Source: an uncultured Gaiellales bacterium
GTDB taxonomy: Bacteria > Actinomycetota > Thermoleophilia > RBG-16-64-13
Direction of reading: 5' to 3'
Assembly: GCA_964423425.1 (NCBI GenBank)
Contig: CAYRES010000004.1
Location: 8,736 to 72,735, forward strand
Length of the DNA: 64,000 bases
Part shown: piece after piece, positions 9,215 through 17,871 of the stretch
Position numbering within the stretch: position 1 is the stretch's first letter
Layout: each line of letters begins with the position of its first letter
Notes under the pieces: generated by a model
What the model was told of the DNA's origin: nothing
Databases searched by the model: none
Seen by the model: the letters and a program-made list of their open reading frames with translations, nothing else
Translations under genes and position numbers: made by a program

Positions 9215-11040
9215 TAGTTCTCACCTCCGGGAAGGATGGCCTCGAAGCGGCACATCTGGGCGCAGATGGAGCAGCCGGTGCAGAAGGCGGGATCGATGAC
9301 GACCACATCTTTGTCTTTACCCTCGGGCGGTGCGGTCAAAGACAGAGCCGTGCAGCCCACCCGCAGGCAGCGCTTGCAGCCGGTACAGGCCTCGGCGTCC
9401 ACCATATAGGGCACGCCCTTGATCTTGTACTCGAGCACGCAGGGGGCTTCGGCGATGATCACCGAGGCCTCCGGGGCGGCGATCTCCTCCTTCAATGCCT
9501 CCTCTACTTCCTTCAGGTTGTAGGGATCCACTTTGCGTACCCGGGGAACCTTGAGTGCCTTCACCACCTCGGCGATATCGATGTGGGGAGCCTCCTGGCC
9601 GCAGAGCACGCAGCCCTGTCCTGGAGTGACCTGCCCGCCGGTCATAGCCGTGGTGCGATTGTCCAGGACCACGAGCACGGAGGTACCGTTGTTCCACACA
9701 GTGTTCAAGACTTCGGGTATACAGGAGTGGAAGAAGGTGGAGTCGCCCACCACCCCCACCACCGGGGCCTGGGCCTTATCCGGCATCCTCTCGGCAAGGC
9801 CTTTGTCCATGCCGTGGGCCATGCTCACGCCCGCGCCCATGCAGATCACCGAATGGAGTGCCGAGAAGGGGGGGAGAGCCCCTAGGGTGTAGCAGCCGAT
9901 ATCCCCGGTCACGTAGGCTTTCAGGCGGTTGAGGGCCACGAACACCCCGCGGTGCCCGCAGCCGGGGCAGAGCGTGGGCGGCCGGGGAGGTACGCCTTGA
10001 GCCGGCGCCGGGGCTTCTGTCAACAGCATGTCGTTGACGGGGAGATTCGCCCGTGCAAGACCGGCGGCCACGATGCGGGGGTTGAGCTCGTTCTCCAAGG
10101 GGATGAGGTCCTTGCCGCCGGCAACCTCTATGCCCATGAGGCGGATCTGCTCCTCCAAGAAGGGGTCGAGCTCCTCCACCACGTAGAGCTTCTTCACCTG
10201 GGAAGCGAAGGAGGCGATGAGGTTGCGGGGCAGAGGGTAGGGCATGCCGATCTTCAAGGTGGAGGCCTCCGGCATGGCCTCGCGCACATACTGATAGGTG
10301 ACACCGCAGGTGATGATGCCCACCTCAGGGTCGCGCATCTCCAAGCGGTTGCCCGTCCAGGTCTCGGCCCACTCCCCGATCTTGCGGATGCGCTCCTCCA
10401 CCTCGGCGTGGCGGGTGCGGGTGAAGGCGGGGAGGATGCAGTAGGAGAGATCGCGGTTCACGGCGAAGGGCTCGGCCGATTCCACCCGATCTTCCAGTTC
10501 CACCAAGCTCTTCGAGTGGGAGATACGGGTTTCGGTGCGGTAGAGCACGGGGGTGCCGAAGGCTTCGGAGAGAGCCATGGCTTCAGCCACGAAGTCTTTG
10601 GCCTCTTGGCTGTCTGCGGGCTCCATGACCGGCAGGCGGGCGAAACGGGCGTAGTTTCTGTTGTCCTGCTCGGTCTGGGAGCTGTGCCGGGATGGATCGT
10701 CGGCTGTCAGTACCACCAAGCCGCCCTTGACGCCCGAATACACGGCGTTGAACAGAGGATCGGCGGCCACGTTCAGGCCCACCAACTTCATGGTGCAGAA
10801 GGCCCGGGCGCCCACCACGGTGGCCCCCAAGGCCACCTCCAGGGCCACCTTCTCATTCACCGACCACTCGCAGTAGAGGCCGTCATAGGTGGCCAGGTTC
10901 TCCAGGATCTCGGTGGAAGGAGTCCCAGGGTAACCCGAGGCCACATTCACCCCCGCCTCCCAGATACCCCGGGCAATGGCTTCGTTTCCGGATAGGAGCT
11001 TCTTCAAGATGCAGTCCTCCCCATGGGTTGGGTGTGACAA
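9214..11040 (-). CDS. iorA: Indolepyruvate:ferredoxin oxidoreductase alpha subunit (TPP- and 2x[4Fe-4S]-binding)
   Basis: 608 aa. N-terminus LLSGNEAIARGIWEAGVNVASGYPGTPSTEI. TPP region CPGCGHRG...GDIGCYTLG. C-terminal ferredoxin motifs CTGCKRCLRVGC and CTGCSICAQMC. Confidence 0.93.
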   Translation of the reverse strand: MSHPTHGEDCILKKLLSGNEAIARGIWEAGVNVASGYPGTPSTEILENLATYDGLYCEWSVNEKVALEVALGATVVGARAFCTMKLVGLNVAADPLFNAVYSGVKGGLVVLTADDPSRHSSQTEQDNRNYARFARLPVMEPADSQEAKDFVAEAMALSEAFGTPVLYRTETRISHSKSLVELEDRVESAEPFAVNRDLSYCILPAFTRTRHAEVEERIRKIGEWAETWTGNRLEMRDPEVGIITCGVTYQYVREAMPEASTLKIGMPYPLPRNLIASFASQVKKLYVVEELDPFLEEQIRLMGIEVAGGKDLIPLENELNPRIVAAGLARANLPVNDMLLTEAPAPAQGVPPRPPTLCPGCGHRGVFVALNRLKAYVTGDIGCYTLGALPPFSALHSVICMGAGVSMAHGMDKGLAERMPDKAQAPVVGVVGDSTFFHSCIPEVLNTVWNNGTSVLVVLDNRTTAMTGGQVTPGQGCVLCGQEAPHIDIAEVVKALKVPRVRKVDPYNLKEVEEALKEEIAAPEASVIIAEAPCVLEYKIKGVPYMVDAEACTGCKRCLRVGCTALSLTAPPEGKDKDVVVIDPAFCTGCSICAQMCRFEAILPGGEN

Positions 11041-11826
11041 CTACCGCTGTGCCGCTGCGCCTTGGGACGGCCTGAAGGGCACAAAGTCGGAGCCAAAGCG
11101 ACGCATCCTCACCGATTCGGCGAAAAGCTCGATGACTCCGACCAGGTCGAACACCGGAAGACCATAAGTCTTCAGTAGATCACGTCGAGCAACACTCAGA
11201 TTCGTGCACTCGAGCACCAACGCCTGCACGGTGGGTTCCTCCCGGAGCAGGCGGCCGGCTGCTTCTACCACCTCCTCTGATATCGCGGTCGCGTTGAGTA
11301 TCTCGCCCCCCTCGAGCACAGAACTCCTGAACTCCTTATAATCTTCCATGCCCATTATCGCAACTTTCGACGTGTCAATGGAGCACGCTTTGAGGTGGGC
11401 CGGACGCAGAAACGCGGCATGCCCGGTAATGATGCCGACCTTGTGCGAGGGCTTGAGCGTGGCCAAGATCAGCGGGACGCAGATGAGACTCGAGCTGATG
11501 AAGGGCACTCGGAGAATCGATGCGATCTCCGCCTGATAGAGAGAGAAGAGGCCGCAGTCCGTCGCGACGAAACTCACTCCCAGAGCCTCGAGGCGTGTGG
11601 CGGCGTCTGTGACCGGGGTGAGAAGAGAGGGCTCATAGTCGAGAAGGTGGTCTACCTTGAAGCCACGTGCGACCTCGTACCGTACGGGGAAGGGGAAGGT
11701 GGCGGCATGGCCGGGGTCTCCGGGCACACGCGGGGTGGTGGAGTCGAGCATGATGATGCCCGCCACCGAACCGTAGAAGGGAAGTCCGGCGTGAGCGGTA
11801 TTCTGCTCTGGGTCGAGATCACTCAT
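11041..11826 (-). CDS. Asp/Glu/hydantoin racemase superfamily protein (maleate-isomerase/arylmalonate-decarboxylase-like), first gene of the iorAB-gdh-aminotransferase operon
   Basis: Two Cys-containing motifs (VATDCGLFSLY and LVLECTNLS) sit in the positions of the paired catalytic Cys of this superfamily. Its stop abuts the iorA start. The start was chosen at MSDLDPE; the ORF extends to 11880. Confidence 0.6.
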   Translation of the reverse strand: MSDLDPEQNTAHAGLPFYGSVAGIIMLDSTTPRVPGDPGHAATFPFPVRYEVARGFKVDHLLDYEPSLLTPVTDAATRLEALGVSFVATDCGLFSLYQAEIASILRVPFISSSLICVPLILATLKPSHKVGIITGHAAFLRPAHLKACSIDTSKVAIMGMEDYKEFRSSVLEGGEILNATAISEEVVEAAGRLLREEPTVQALVLECTNLSVARRDLLKTYGLPVFDLVGVIELFAESVRMRRFGSDFVPFRPSQGAAAQR

Positions 11827-12083
11827 GGGGCGGCTCCGGGTGGAAGTGGGTGATGACGATATGACCGGGTTGGGGCGCAATCAAACCTCTCCGCCACCCC
11901 GGTCGCCCGGCATATGGTGTTCTTGCAGGCGTTTCTCCTGCGGCGGCGCGTCCCCGGGGAGTAATCAACAATACCTGAAGAAGAAGAGCTTTCGCGGTAA
12001 CATGATTGGACCGCATACTAACAACGGTAGTACTGCCGGTCAATGAGGCGGTGATGCCGGTCAAGGGGAGGGACGTCCTGATG

Positions 12084-13115
12084 CGCATCGTGGACCTTCG
12101 TAGCGATACCAAGACCAAGCCGACGCCTGAGATGCGGCGGGCCATGTTCGAGGCGGAGGTGGGCGACGACGTGTCGCGGGAAGACCCCACCGTCAACGAA
12201 CTCGAAGAGACGGCTGCTCGCATGCTGGGCAAGGAGGCCGGTCTCTTCCTGGCGAGCGGCACCATGGGGAATCTGGCCTGCCTGCTCACGCACTGCCGCC
12301 GGGGCCACGAGATCATCGTGGGCGAGATGTCCCATATCTACTGGGCGGAAGTGGCAAGTGCGGCGGCATTCGGAGGCATCGCCTATCACGCCGTGCCCAA
12401 CGAAGGCGATGGCACCCTCGATCCGGCAACGGTGCGAGAAGCCATACGGCCCGACAACATCCACTTTCCCGAGACCGGGCTCATCTGCCTGGAAAACACC
12501 CAGAACCGCCAAGGCGGAGTCGTTCTGCCCCTGTCGTATCTGGCCAAGATGCGTTCGCTGGCTGACGAGGCGGGCCTGCCCCTCCATCTGGACGGGGCGC
12601 GCATCTTCAACGCTGCGACGTATCTGGGCATCCCCGCTTCGGAGATCGCCCGCTACTTCGACTCGGTGCAGTTCTGCGTGTCGAAGGGCTTGGGAGCGCC
12701 GGTGGGGTCGTTGGTGGTGGGGACCGAGGACTTTGTCGACCGGGCGAGGAAGACGAGGAAGATGCTTGGTGGCGGCATGCGCCAGGCAGGAGTCATCGCC
12801 GCTGCGGGCCTGACCGCCCTTACCGAAATGGTCGATCGTCTCGCCGATGACCACTTGAACGCCCGTGTGTTGGCCGAGGGCCTGGCCGAGATGCCGGGGC
12901 TCGAGGTCGATCTGGGCCGGGTCCAGACCAATATCGTCAACGTGGTGGTCACCCACGACGAGTGGACGGCGCCTGCGTTCGAAGAGGCCATGGGTGAACG
13001 GGGAGTGCTGTTCCACGCCCTGGGGCCCACCATGGTGCGGATGGTCACTCATGCCGATGTTGACCGCAGTGATATCGTATATGCACTAGAATGCCTCGGG
13101 GGTCTGCTGAGGTAG
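12084..13115 (+). CDS. ltaE: Low-specificity L-threonine aldolase
   Basis: VDLRSDTKTKPTPEMRRAM...GDDV..EDPTVNELEE..A...GKEAGLFLASGTMGNL is the canonical LtaE N-terminus. The PLP-lysine region is CVSKGLGAPVGS. Confidence 0.9.
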   Translation, partial: RIVDLRSDTKTKPTPEMRRAMFEAEVGDDVSREDPTVNELEETAARMLGKEAGLFLASGTMGNLACLLTHCRRGHEIIVGEMSHIYWAEVASAAAFGGIAYHAVPNEGDGTLDPATVREAIRPDNIHFPETGLICLENTQNRQGGVVLPLSYLAKMRSLADEAGLPLHLDGARIFNAATYLGIPASEIARYFDSVQFCVSKGLGAPVGSLVVGTEDFVDRARKTRKMLGGGMRQAGVIAAAGLTALTEMVDRLADDHLNARVLAEGLAEMPGLEVDLGRVQTNIVNVVVTHDEWTAPAFEEAMGERGVLFHALGPTMVRMVTHADVDRSDIVYALECLGGLLR

Positions 13116-13146
13116 AGCCGGAGGCCGGAAGGAGGGGTCTTTCCAA

Positions 13147-13917
13147 GTGGCAGGCAGCGACAATGGCATCTTCTCGTCGGTAAGACCGCGGCGGCTCTCA
13201 GACAGCGCCGTCGATCAGATACTCAAGCTGGTACACGACGGCCAACTGCCGCCCGGGTCCAAGTTCCCCCCCGAGCGCGAACTCATAGTCAGCCTTTCGG
13301 TGAGCCGCACCTCTCTTCGCGAGGCCATACGTATCCTTGAGACGATGGGCGTGTTGCGGGTGGTGCCGGGCCGCGGCACCTGGGTGCGTGAAGACTACAC
13401 CCAACCCCGCTTGGGCACGAGTGTCGAGTGGCTGCCCCAGCACGTCGAAGATGTGCTACAACTCGTCGAGATGAAGGACCTGCTTGAGACCAAGGCGGCC
13501 GGGCTCGCGGCCGAACGGGCCACGCCTGATCAGCTCATCGAATTGAGTGTGCAGCTGCAGCGGTACCGGGACGCAGTGACCGAGGGCGACGCAGAAACGC
13601 TCATGGACGCCGACATGAAGTTCCACCAGACCATCGCGGCTGCCTCAGGCAATCGTTTCCTGGCTGATGCCATCGCGAATCTGGATCCGTTCGTATTGCG
13701 TACCCGCAGGGCGATCCTCTCCATACCTGGGCGGCCCGAGAGGGTCGTGGGTGAGCACCAAGCAGTGTTGGAGGCGATCCTTGCCCGTAATCCCCAGGCT
13801 GCGGCGAAGGCCATGCAGGTACACGACAGGCGGGCTGCCCAGGGAGTGAAGTCGGCCATCGAGGCCGGACGGATAATCTCCCGGGGGACTCCGGCGGATC
13901 GCACGGAAGACGCGTAA
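13147..13917 (+). CDS. GntR-family transcriptional regulator (FadR/FCD subfamily)
   Basis: N-terminal winged HTH (LPPGSKFPPERELIVSLSVSRTSLREAIRILETMGVL) followed by an all-helical FCD-like C-terminal domain. Confidence 0.85.
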   Translation: MAGSDNGIFSSVRPRRLSDSAVDQILKLVHDGQLPPGSKFPPERELIVSLSVSRTSLREAIRILETMGVLRVVPGRGTWVREDYTQPRLGTSVEWLPQHVEDVLQLVEMKDLLETKAAGLAAERATPDQLIELSVQLQRYRDAVTEGDAETLMDADMKFHQTIAAASGNRFLADAIANLDPFVLRTRRAILSIPGRPERVVGEHQAVLEAILARNPQAAAKAMQVHDRRAAQGVKSAIEAGRIISRGTPADRTEDA

Positions 13918-13972
13918 GAGCGACTTGGTCTGGGGCCGCCTGCGGGCGGCCCCAGACGGTACGACTACCCTG

Positions 13973-15172
13973 CTACCCGTGCTTCTTCGCCAAGGCCTGC
14001 TGCAGCCTGGCGAGTGCGGGTTCAATCTCCTCCCAGGGGGCGGCAAAGCCCAGCCTCAGACACCCCTCTCCCTGCGAGCCAAAGAAGCCCCCCGGCACCA
14101 CGGCGACGCCTTCACGCCACAGGTACTCGGTCATGCCGGCCGAGGAGGGGTCGAGGGCGGAGGTGTCCAGGAAAACGTAGAAGCCGCCCTGGGGCTCGGG
14201 GCAAGAGACACCGGGAACGGCTTTCAGCGATGCGATCATCTTCTGCATGTTGTCTCTGCACAGAGCCCGGGACCAGTCGAGATAGCCGTCGCTTGCGGCC
14301 AGGAACTCCGACATGGCCCACTGGCCGATTGAAAGACTACAGAGGGAGATGCTCTCCTTGTAGGCTCCCATCTGGTGAATGAGCCACGGATGGGCGATCA
14401 CATGCCCGAGCCGCCAGCCGGTGACGGCGAAGGTCTTCGAGAAGCTGTTGACCACGATAAGGTTCTCTAGTTCACCGTGCGACAGCGCCGACGAGTGACT
14501 GCCGTCGTAGACGAAGTTGTGGTAAACGTCATCGGAGAGGATGAAGACTCCCTTCTCGCGAGCGACGGCAGTGAGTCGGGGCCAGTCTTCCGCGCTGAGG
14601 ACGGCGCCGGTGGGATTGGAGGGGGAGTTGACGCACACGAGCTTGGTGCGGTCAGTCATCCGTTCCAGGATGGCGTCGACGTCATATGTCCACGTACCGG
14701 CTCGAGCGAGGGGGTAGTAGATGAGTCGGGCCCCGCGCCGTTCGGCGACCGTGCGCATCATGCCCCAACCGGGGTCCGGAAGGAGCACCTCATCGCCTTC
14801 TTCCACCACGATGCGGAAGGCGAGATGGATGGCTTCCATACCCCCCACGGTCATCAGTACGCTTGTCTCGGGGTCAACGTCCACGTCCCACCGGCGCTTG
14901 GCGAAGTCGGCGACAGCCTCGCGCATGGCGGGTATGCCGTTGGTGGACGTGTAGAGGTTCTTGCCTTCCTCAAGAGCTCTGGCGGCCGCCTCGATGAGCT
15001 CCTGGGGTGCGCCGAAGGTGGCCTCGCCCATAGCGAGGCTCAAGACATCCGCTCGCTCCTCCATGAGCCGTTTGAGGGCCCGGATGGGGGAGCCCTGGCT
15101 CTCCTTCACAACTGAGTGAACACGTTCCAGAGCTTTGCCGGACCTGCTGTTACCCCTGCTCATGCGGCGCAC
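13973..15172 (-). CDS. Class I/II PLP-dependent aminotransferase
   Basis: 399 aa with LSLAMGEATFGAP, NGIPAMREAVA, VNSPSNPTGAV and SFSKTFAVTGWRLG (PLP Lys). It overlaps the upstream FAH-family gene by 13 nt. Confidence 0.88.
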   Translation of the reverse strand: MRRMSRGNSRSGKALERVHSVVKESQGSPIRALKRLMEERADVLSLAMGEATFGAPQELIEAAARALEEGKNLYTSTNGIPAMREAVADFAKRRWDVDVDPETSVLMTVGGMEAIHLAFRIVVEEGDEVLLPDPGWGMMRTVAERRGARLIYYPLARAGTWTYDVDAILERMTDRTKLVCVNSPSNPTGAVLSAEDWPRLTAVAREKGVFILSDDVYHNFVYDGSHSSALSHGELENLIVVNSFSKTFAVTGWRLGHVIAHPWLIHQMGAYKESISLCSLSIGQWAMSEFLAASDGYLDWSRALCRDNMQKMIASLKAVPGVSCPEPQGGFYVFLDTSALDPSSAGMTEYLWREGVAVVPGGFFGSQGEGCLRLGFAAPWEEIEPALARLQQALAKKHG

Positions 15173-16194
15173 TCCCGGTTGTCGACCACGTTGTTCTTCA
15201 AGCTGCCTATCTTCTCTATCTCCACCTCGATGGTGTCGCCGGGACGCAGGAAGACCCCACCACCGCTTTCCAGGTTGTCTATGAGGGCGGCAAGAGAGTG
15301 CTCCCCTTTGAGTCCCTTGGCCCAGCCGGTACCCGATCCCGTACCGAGCGCAAGCACGTCACCGGGCTGGAGTGTCGAGCAGGAGGAGGCGAAGGCGAGG
15401 CAGCGCTCCACCCCCCACAGCATGTTGGCGGTGGTGGTGTCCTGCATCACCCGGCCGTTCACGAGGCAGCGGATGCGCAGGTGGCCGGGTTCGGGGACGA
15501 GATCGCGGGGCACCAAGTAGGGGCCCAGGGGGGCGAAGCTATCACGGGACTTGCCACCGAAGAAGTCCAGCCCTCCGTCCGGCTTCATCATCTTACGGCG
15601 GTCGGTCACGTCATTGTGACAGGTGAAACCGGCGACATACTCCATGGCCTCCTCGGGGGCCACGTTCCGGGCGGTCTTTCCTATGATGACGGCCAATTCC
15701 GCTTCCCAGTCGACGTACGGGGATGACACGCAGATGGGTTGGCAGGGTCCGATGATGCAGTTCCGGTCGCCCTTCAAGAAGAAGTTGGGGGCGAAGGTGT
15801 CTTCATTGATGATGAGGCCCATCTCAGCGGCGTGGTCGCGGTAGTTCAGGCCCACATTCACCATCTTGCCCGGTGAGGGCACGGGGGAGAGCAAGAGGGC
15901 ATCGTGGAGAGGCACGGGGGAGAGGTAACTCTTGTCCTCCTCGCAGAGGACCCGGGCGAGCGCGGCGAGCAAGGGGGATGCCGATTCCCAGCGGTCGAGG
16001 AGGGTCTGCACCTGTGCCACCCTGAGGTCGAGAAAGGAAGGCTCATTCTCCTCTGCCGCCACCCGGGAACTTGTGGTGGGAAGATCGTAGACACGGTCTT
16101 GAACGACAATCGCGGCTACAGGGTAACCTGAGCTCAAGGTCGTGGCGACGGCGAAACGGTGCGGCGGAACGGCCGTTGGTGCTGCGGCCATGGC
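15160..16194 (-). CDS. Fumarylacetoacetate hydrolase (FAH) family protein
   Basis: FAH-fold motifs: GPCQPICVSSPYVDWEAELAVIIGK, HNDVTDRR and FDTTANMLWGVERCLAFASSCSTLQPGDVLALGTGSG. The start was taken at MAAAPT. Confidence 0.85.
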   Translation of the reverse strand, partial: AMAAAPTAVPPHRFAVATTLSSGYPVAAIVVQDRVYDLPTTSSRVAAEENEPSFLDLRVAQVQTLLDRWESASPLLAALARVLCEEDKSYLSPVPLHDALLLSPVPSPGKMVNVGLNYRDHAAEMGLIINEDTFAPNFFLKGDRNCIIGPCQPICVSSPYVDWEAELAVIIGKTARNVAPEEAMEYVAGFTCHNDVTDRRKMMKPDGGLDFFGGKSRDSFAPLGPYLVPRDLVPEPGHLRIRCLVNGRVMQDTTTANMLWGVERCLAFASSCSTLQPGDVLALGTGSGTGWAKGLKGEHSLAALIDNLESGGGVFLRPGDTIEVEIEKIGSLKNNVVDNRECAA

Positions 16195-16611
16195 GACCCT
16201 CCTCCTTGATGGCAAGGACTTCGGCAGGGTCTGCGGCAACCGGAATTCCGCGGCACCCGGCACTCGTGGTCCTGCTTGTGGTCTAATCTGTAGTCCACAA
16301 TGCTATACTACAGCATACAGACGCGCAATCCATGCGGTGGAGGCAGGCATGTGCAGGGGTTGAGCGCCTGTGGTGCAGCAGGGGATCGGCGGGGGCTTGA
16401 GCATCAGCTCAGAGGTCGCCTGCTCGGAGGTCGTCTGTTCCAACATATTGTCATACGTTACATCTGGTTGACAGAGAATGGCCCCTCCACTAAGCTTAGG
16501 GAGGCTCCGAGGAGGATCAGTCCGTGTGGGGTGGTGTCGCCGCAGCGGTGGTGAGGTGTAGACCGCTCTTGGGCCCGCGTCCCCACCGCGAATGAGGGGA
16601 GAGTCAGGTTC

Positions 16612-17871
16612 ATGACCGGCGACATGGTAGTGACCGGTGGCCTGAGAGAACTCAGGCAGGCCGTGCTCGGGACCGAGGTCTGCTCCGCCTGTGGAGCCTG
16701 CGTAGGTCTTTGCCCGTACATCAAGTGTGTGGAAGACCGGGTGGCGGCCGTGGCCGAATGCCGCAAGAGTGAGGGCCGCTGCTTTCTTTTCTGTCCTCGA
16801 GCCCACGGCCCCGAACTCACGGAATTCGTTGGGCAGCCGGGCAAGCTCACGCATGGTCTTGGCTCCTACCGCCGCCTCCTGGAGGGTCGCTCTCTCTCCC
16901 CGTCTCTGCAGCGATACGCCCAGCATGGAGGGGTGGTGTCGGCGCTCTTGGTCCACGCGCTCCGCGAAGGATTGATCGAGGCGGCCGTGCTTACCCGCCG
17001 GGCGCAAGGGCGTCCGGAACCCTTCCTTGCCCGCAGCGAGGAAGAGGTGCTCTCGGCGGCAGGCTCCACCTTCGCGGCCGCCCCCACCGTCGCCGAAGTC
17101 AACCGGGTGATGGTGGACGAGGGTCTGGCGGGGGTGCCACTTGGTGTAGTGGCCCTTCCCTGCCAGGCGGCTGCCCTGGCCCGCATGCGCCGAGCCGGCG
17201 AGCTTCGTGACACTCTCACGGCCGCCTCCGGATCGAGCGCCGAGAAGCCGGGCTCTGAGGAAGCCGTGCCCCACGTCCCCGATTGGCTGGACCGCCCCTT
17301 CCCCTCGATCGCTCTCGTCATCGGCCTCTTCTGCACCTGGGCTCTGAGCCAGGCCGGCTGGCGCCGGCTGCTGCGGGAAGCGGGTGTCGGCACCGAGAGA
17401 GGCAGCGACACGGGCGCGGGCAGCGGTGACGTGCCCGGCGCATCCACTCTGGTGCGGGCGGAGATCCCCCCGCCACCGGCTAATGTGCTGGAGTTCACCC
17501 TGGCCGACGGCGTGGTGAGGACGGTACCGCTCGACGAGGTACGCCCCCACATTCGTCCCGGCTGCCTGCTCTGCGCCGACATGACCTCGGAAGCCGCCGA
17601 TGTATCGGTGGGTCTGGTGGAAGGGAGGGAGGGCTGGAACACCATAATCTCCCGCACGGAGGTGGGCGACTCCCTGGTGAGGGGGGCCGAAGAGGCGGCT
17701 CTCATCCGCATCGAACCTCTCCAGGGAGAGCGGGCGGAGCATTTGTCCGGCGCTTCCCAGGGGAAGAAGGCGCGGGCCCGCGACAGGGCGCGCGAACGGG
17801 GCCTCGAACTCCCATACCTGAGCGAAGATGCGGGCCGGCCCGCGGCGGAAGAGAGGAGGGAGCATGGGTGA
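16612..17871 (+). CDS. FrhB/FdhB/FpoF-family flavin-[4Fe-4S] protein (coenzyme F420 hydrogenase/dehydrogenase beta-subunit-like)
   Basis: N-terminal CSACGACVGLCP cluster motif. Then the FrhB_N-like block (GGVVSALLVHALREGLIEAAVL...LSAAGSTF) and the FrhB_C-like block (LFCTWALSQ...GCLLCADMTSEAADVSVGLVEGREGWNTIISRTEVGDSL). Its last codons overlap the start of the second iorA. Confidence 0.8.
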   Translation: MTGDMVVTGGLRELRQAVLGTEVCSACGACVGLCPYIKCVEDRVAAVAECRKSEGRCFLFCPRAHGPELTEFVGQPGKLTHGLGSYRRLLEGRSLSPSLQRYAQHGGVVSALLVHALREGLIEAAVLTRRAQGRPEPFLARSEEEVLSAAGSTFAAAPTVAEVNRVMVDEGLAGVPLGVVALPCQAAALARMRRAGELRDTLTAASGSSAEKPGSEEAVPHVPDWLDRPFPSIALVIGLFCTWALSQAGWRRLLREAGVGTERGSDTGAGSGDVPGASTLVRAEIPPPPANVLEFTLADGVVRTVPLDEVRPHIRPGCLLCADMTSEAADVSVGLVEGREGWNTIISRTEVGDSLVRGAEEAALIRIEPLQGERAEHLSGASQGKKARARDRARERGLELPYLSEDAGRPAAEERREHG

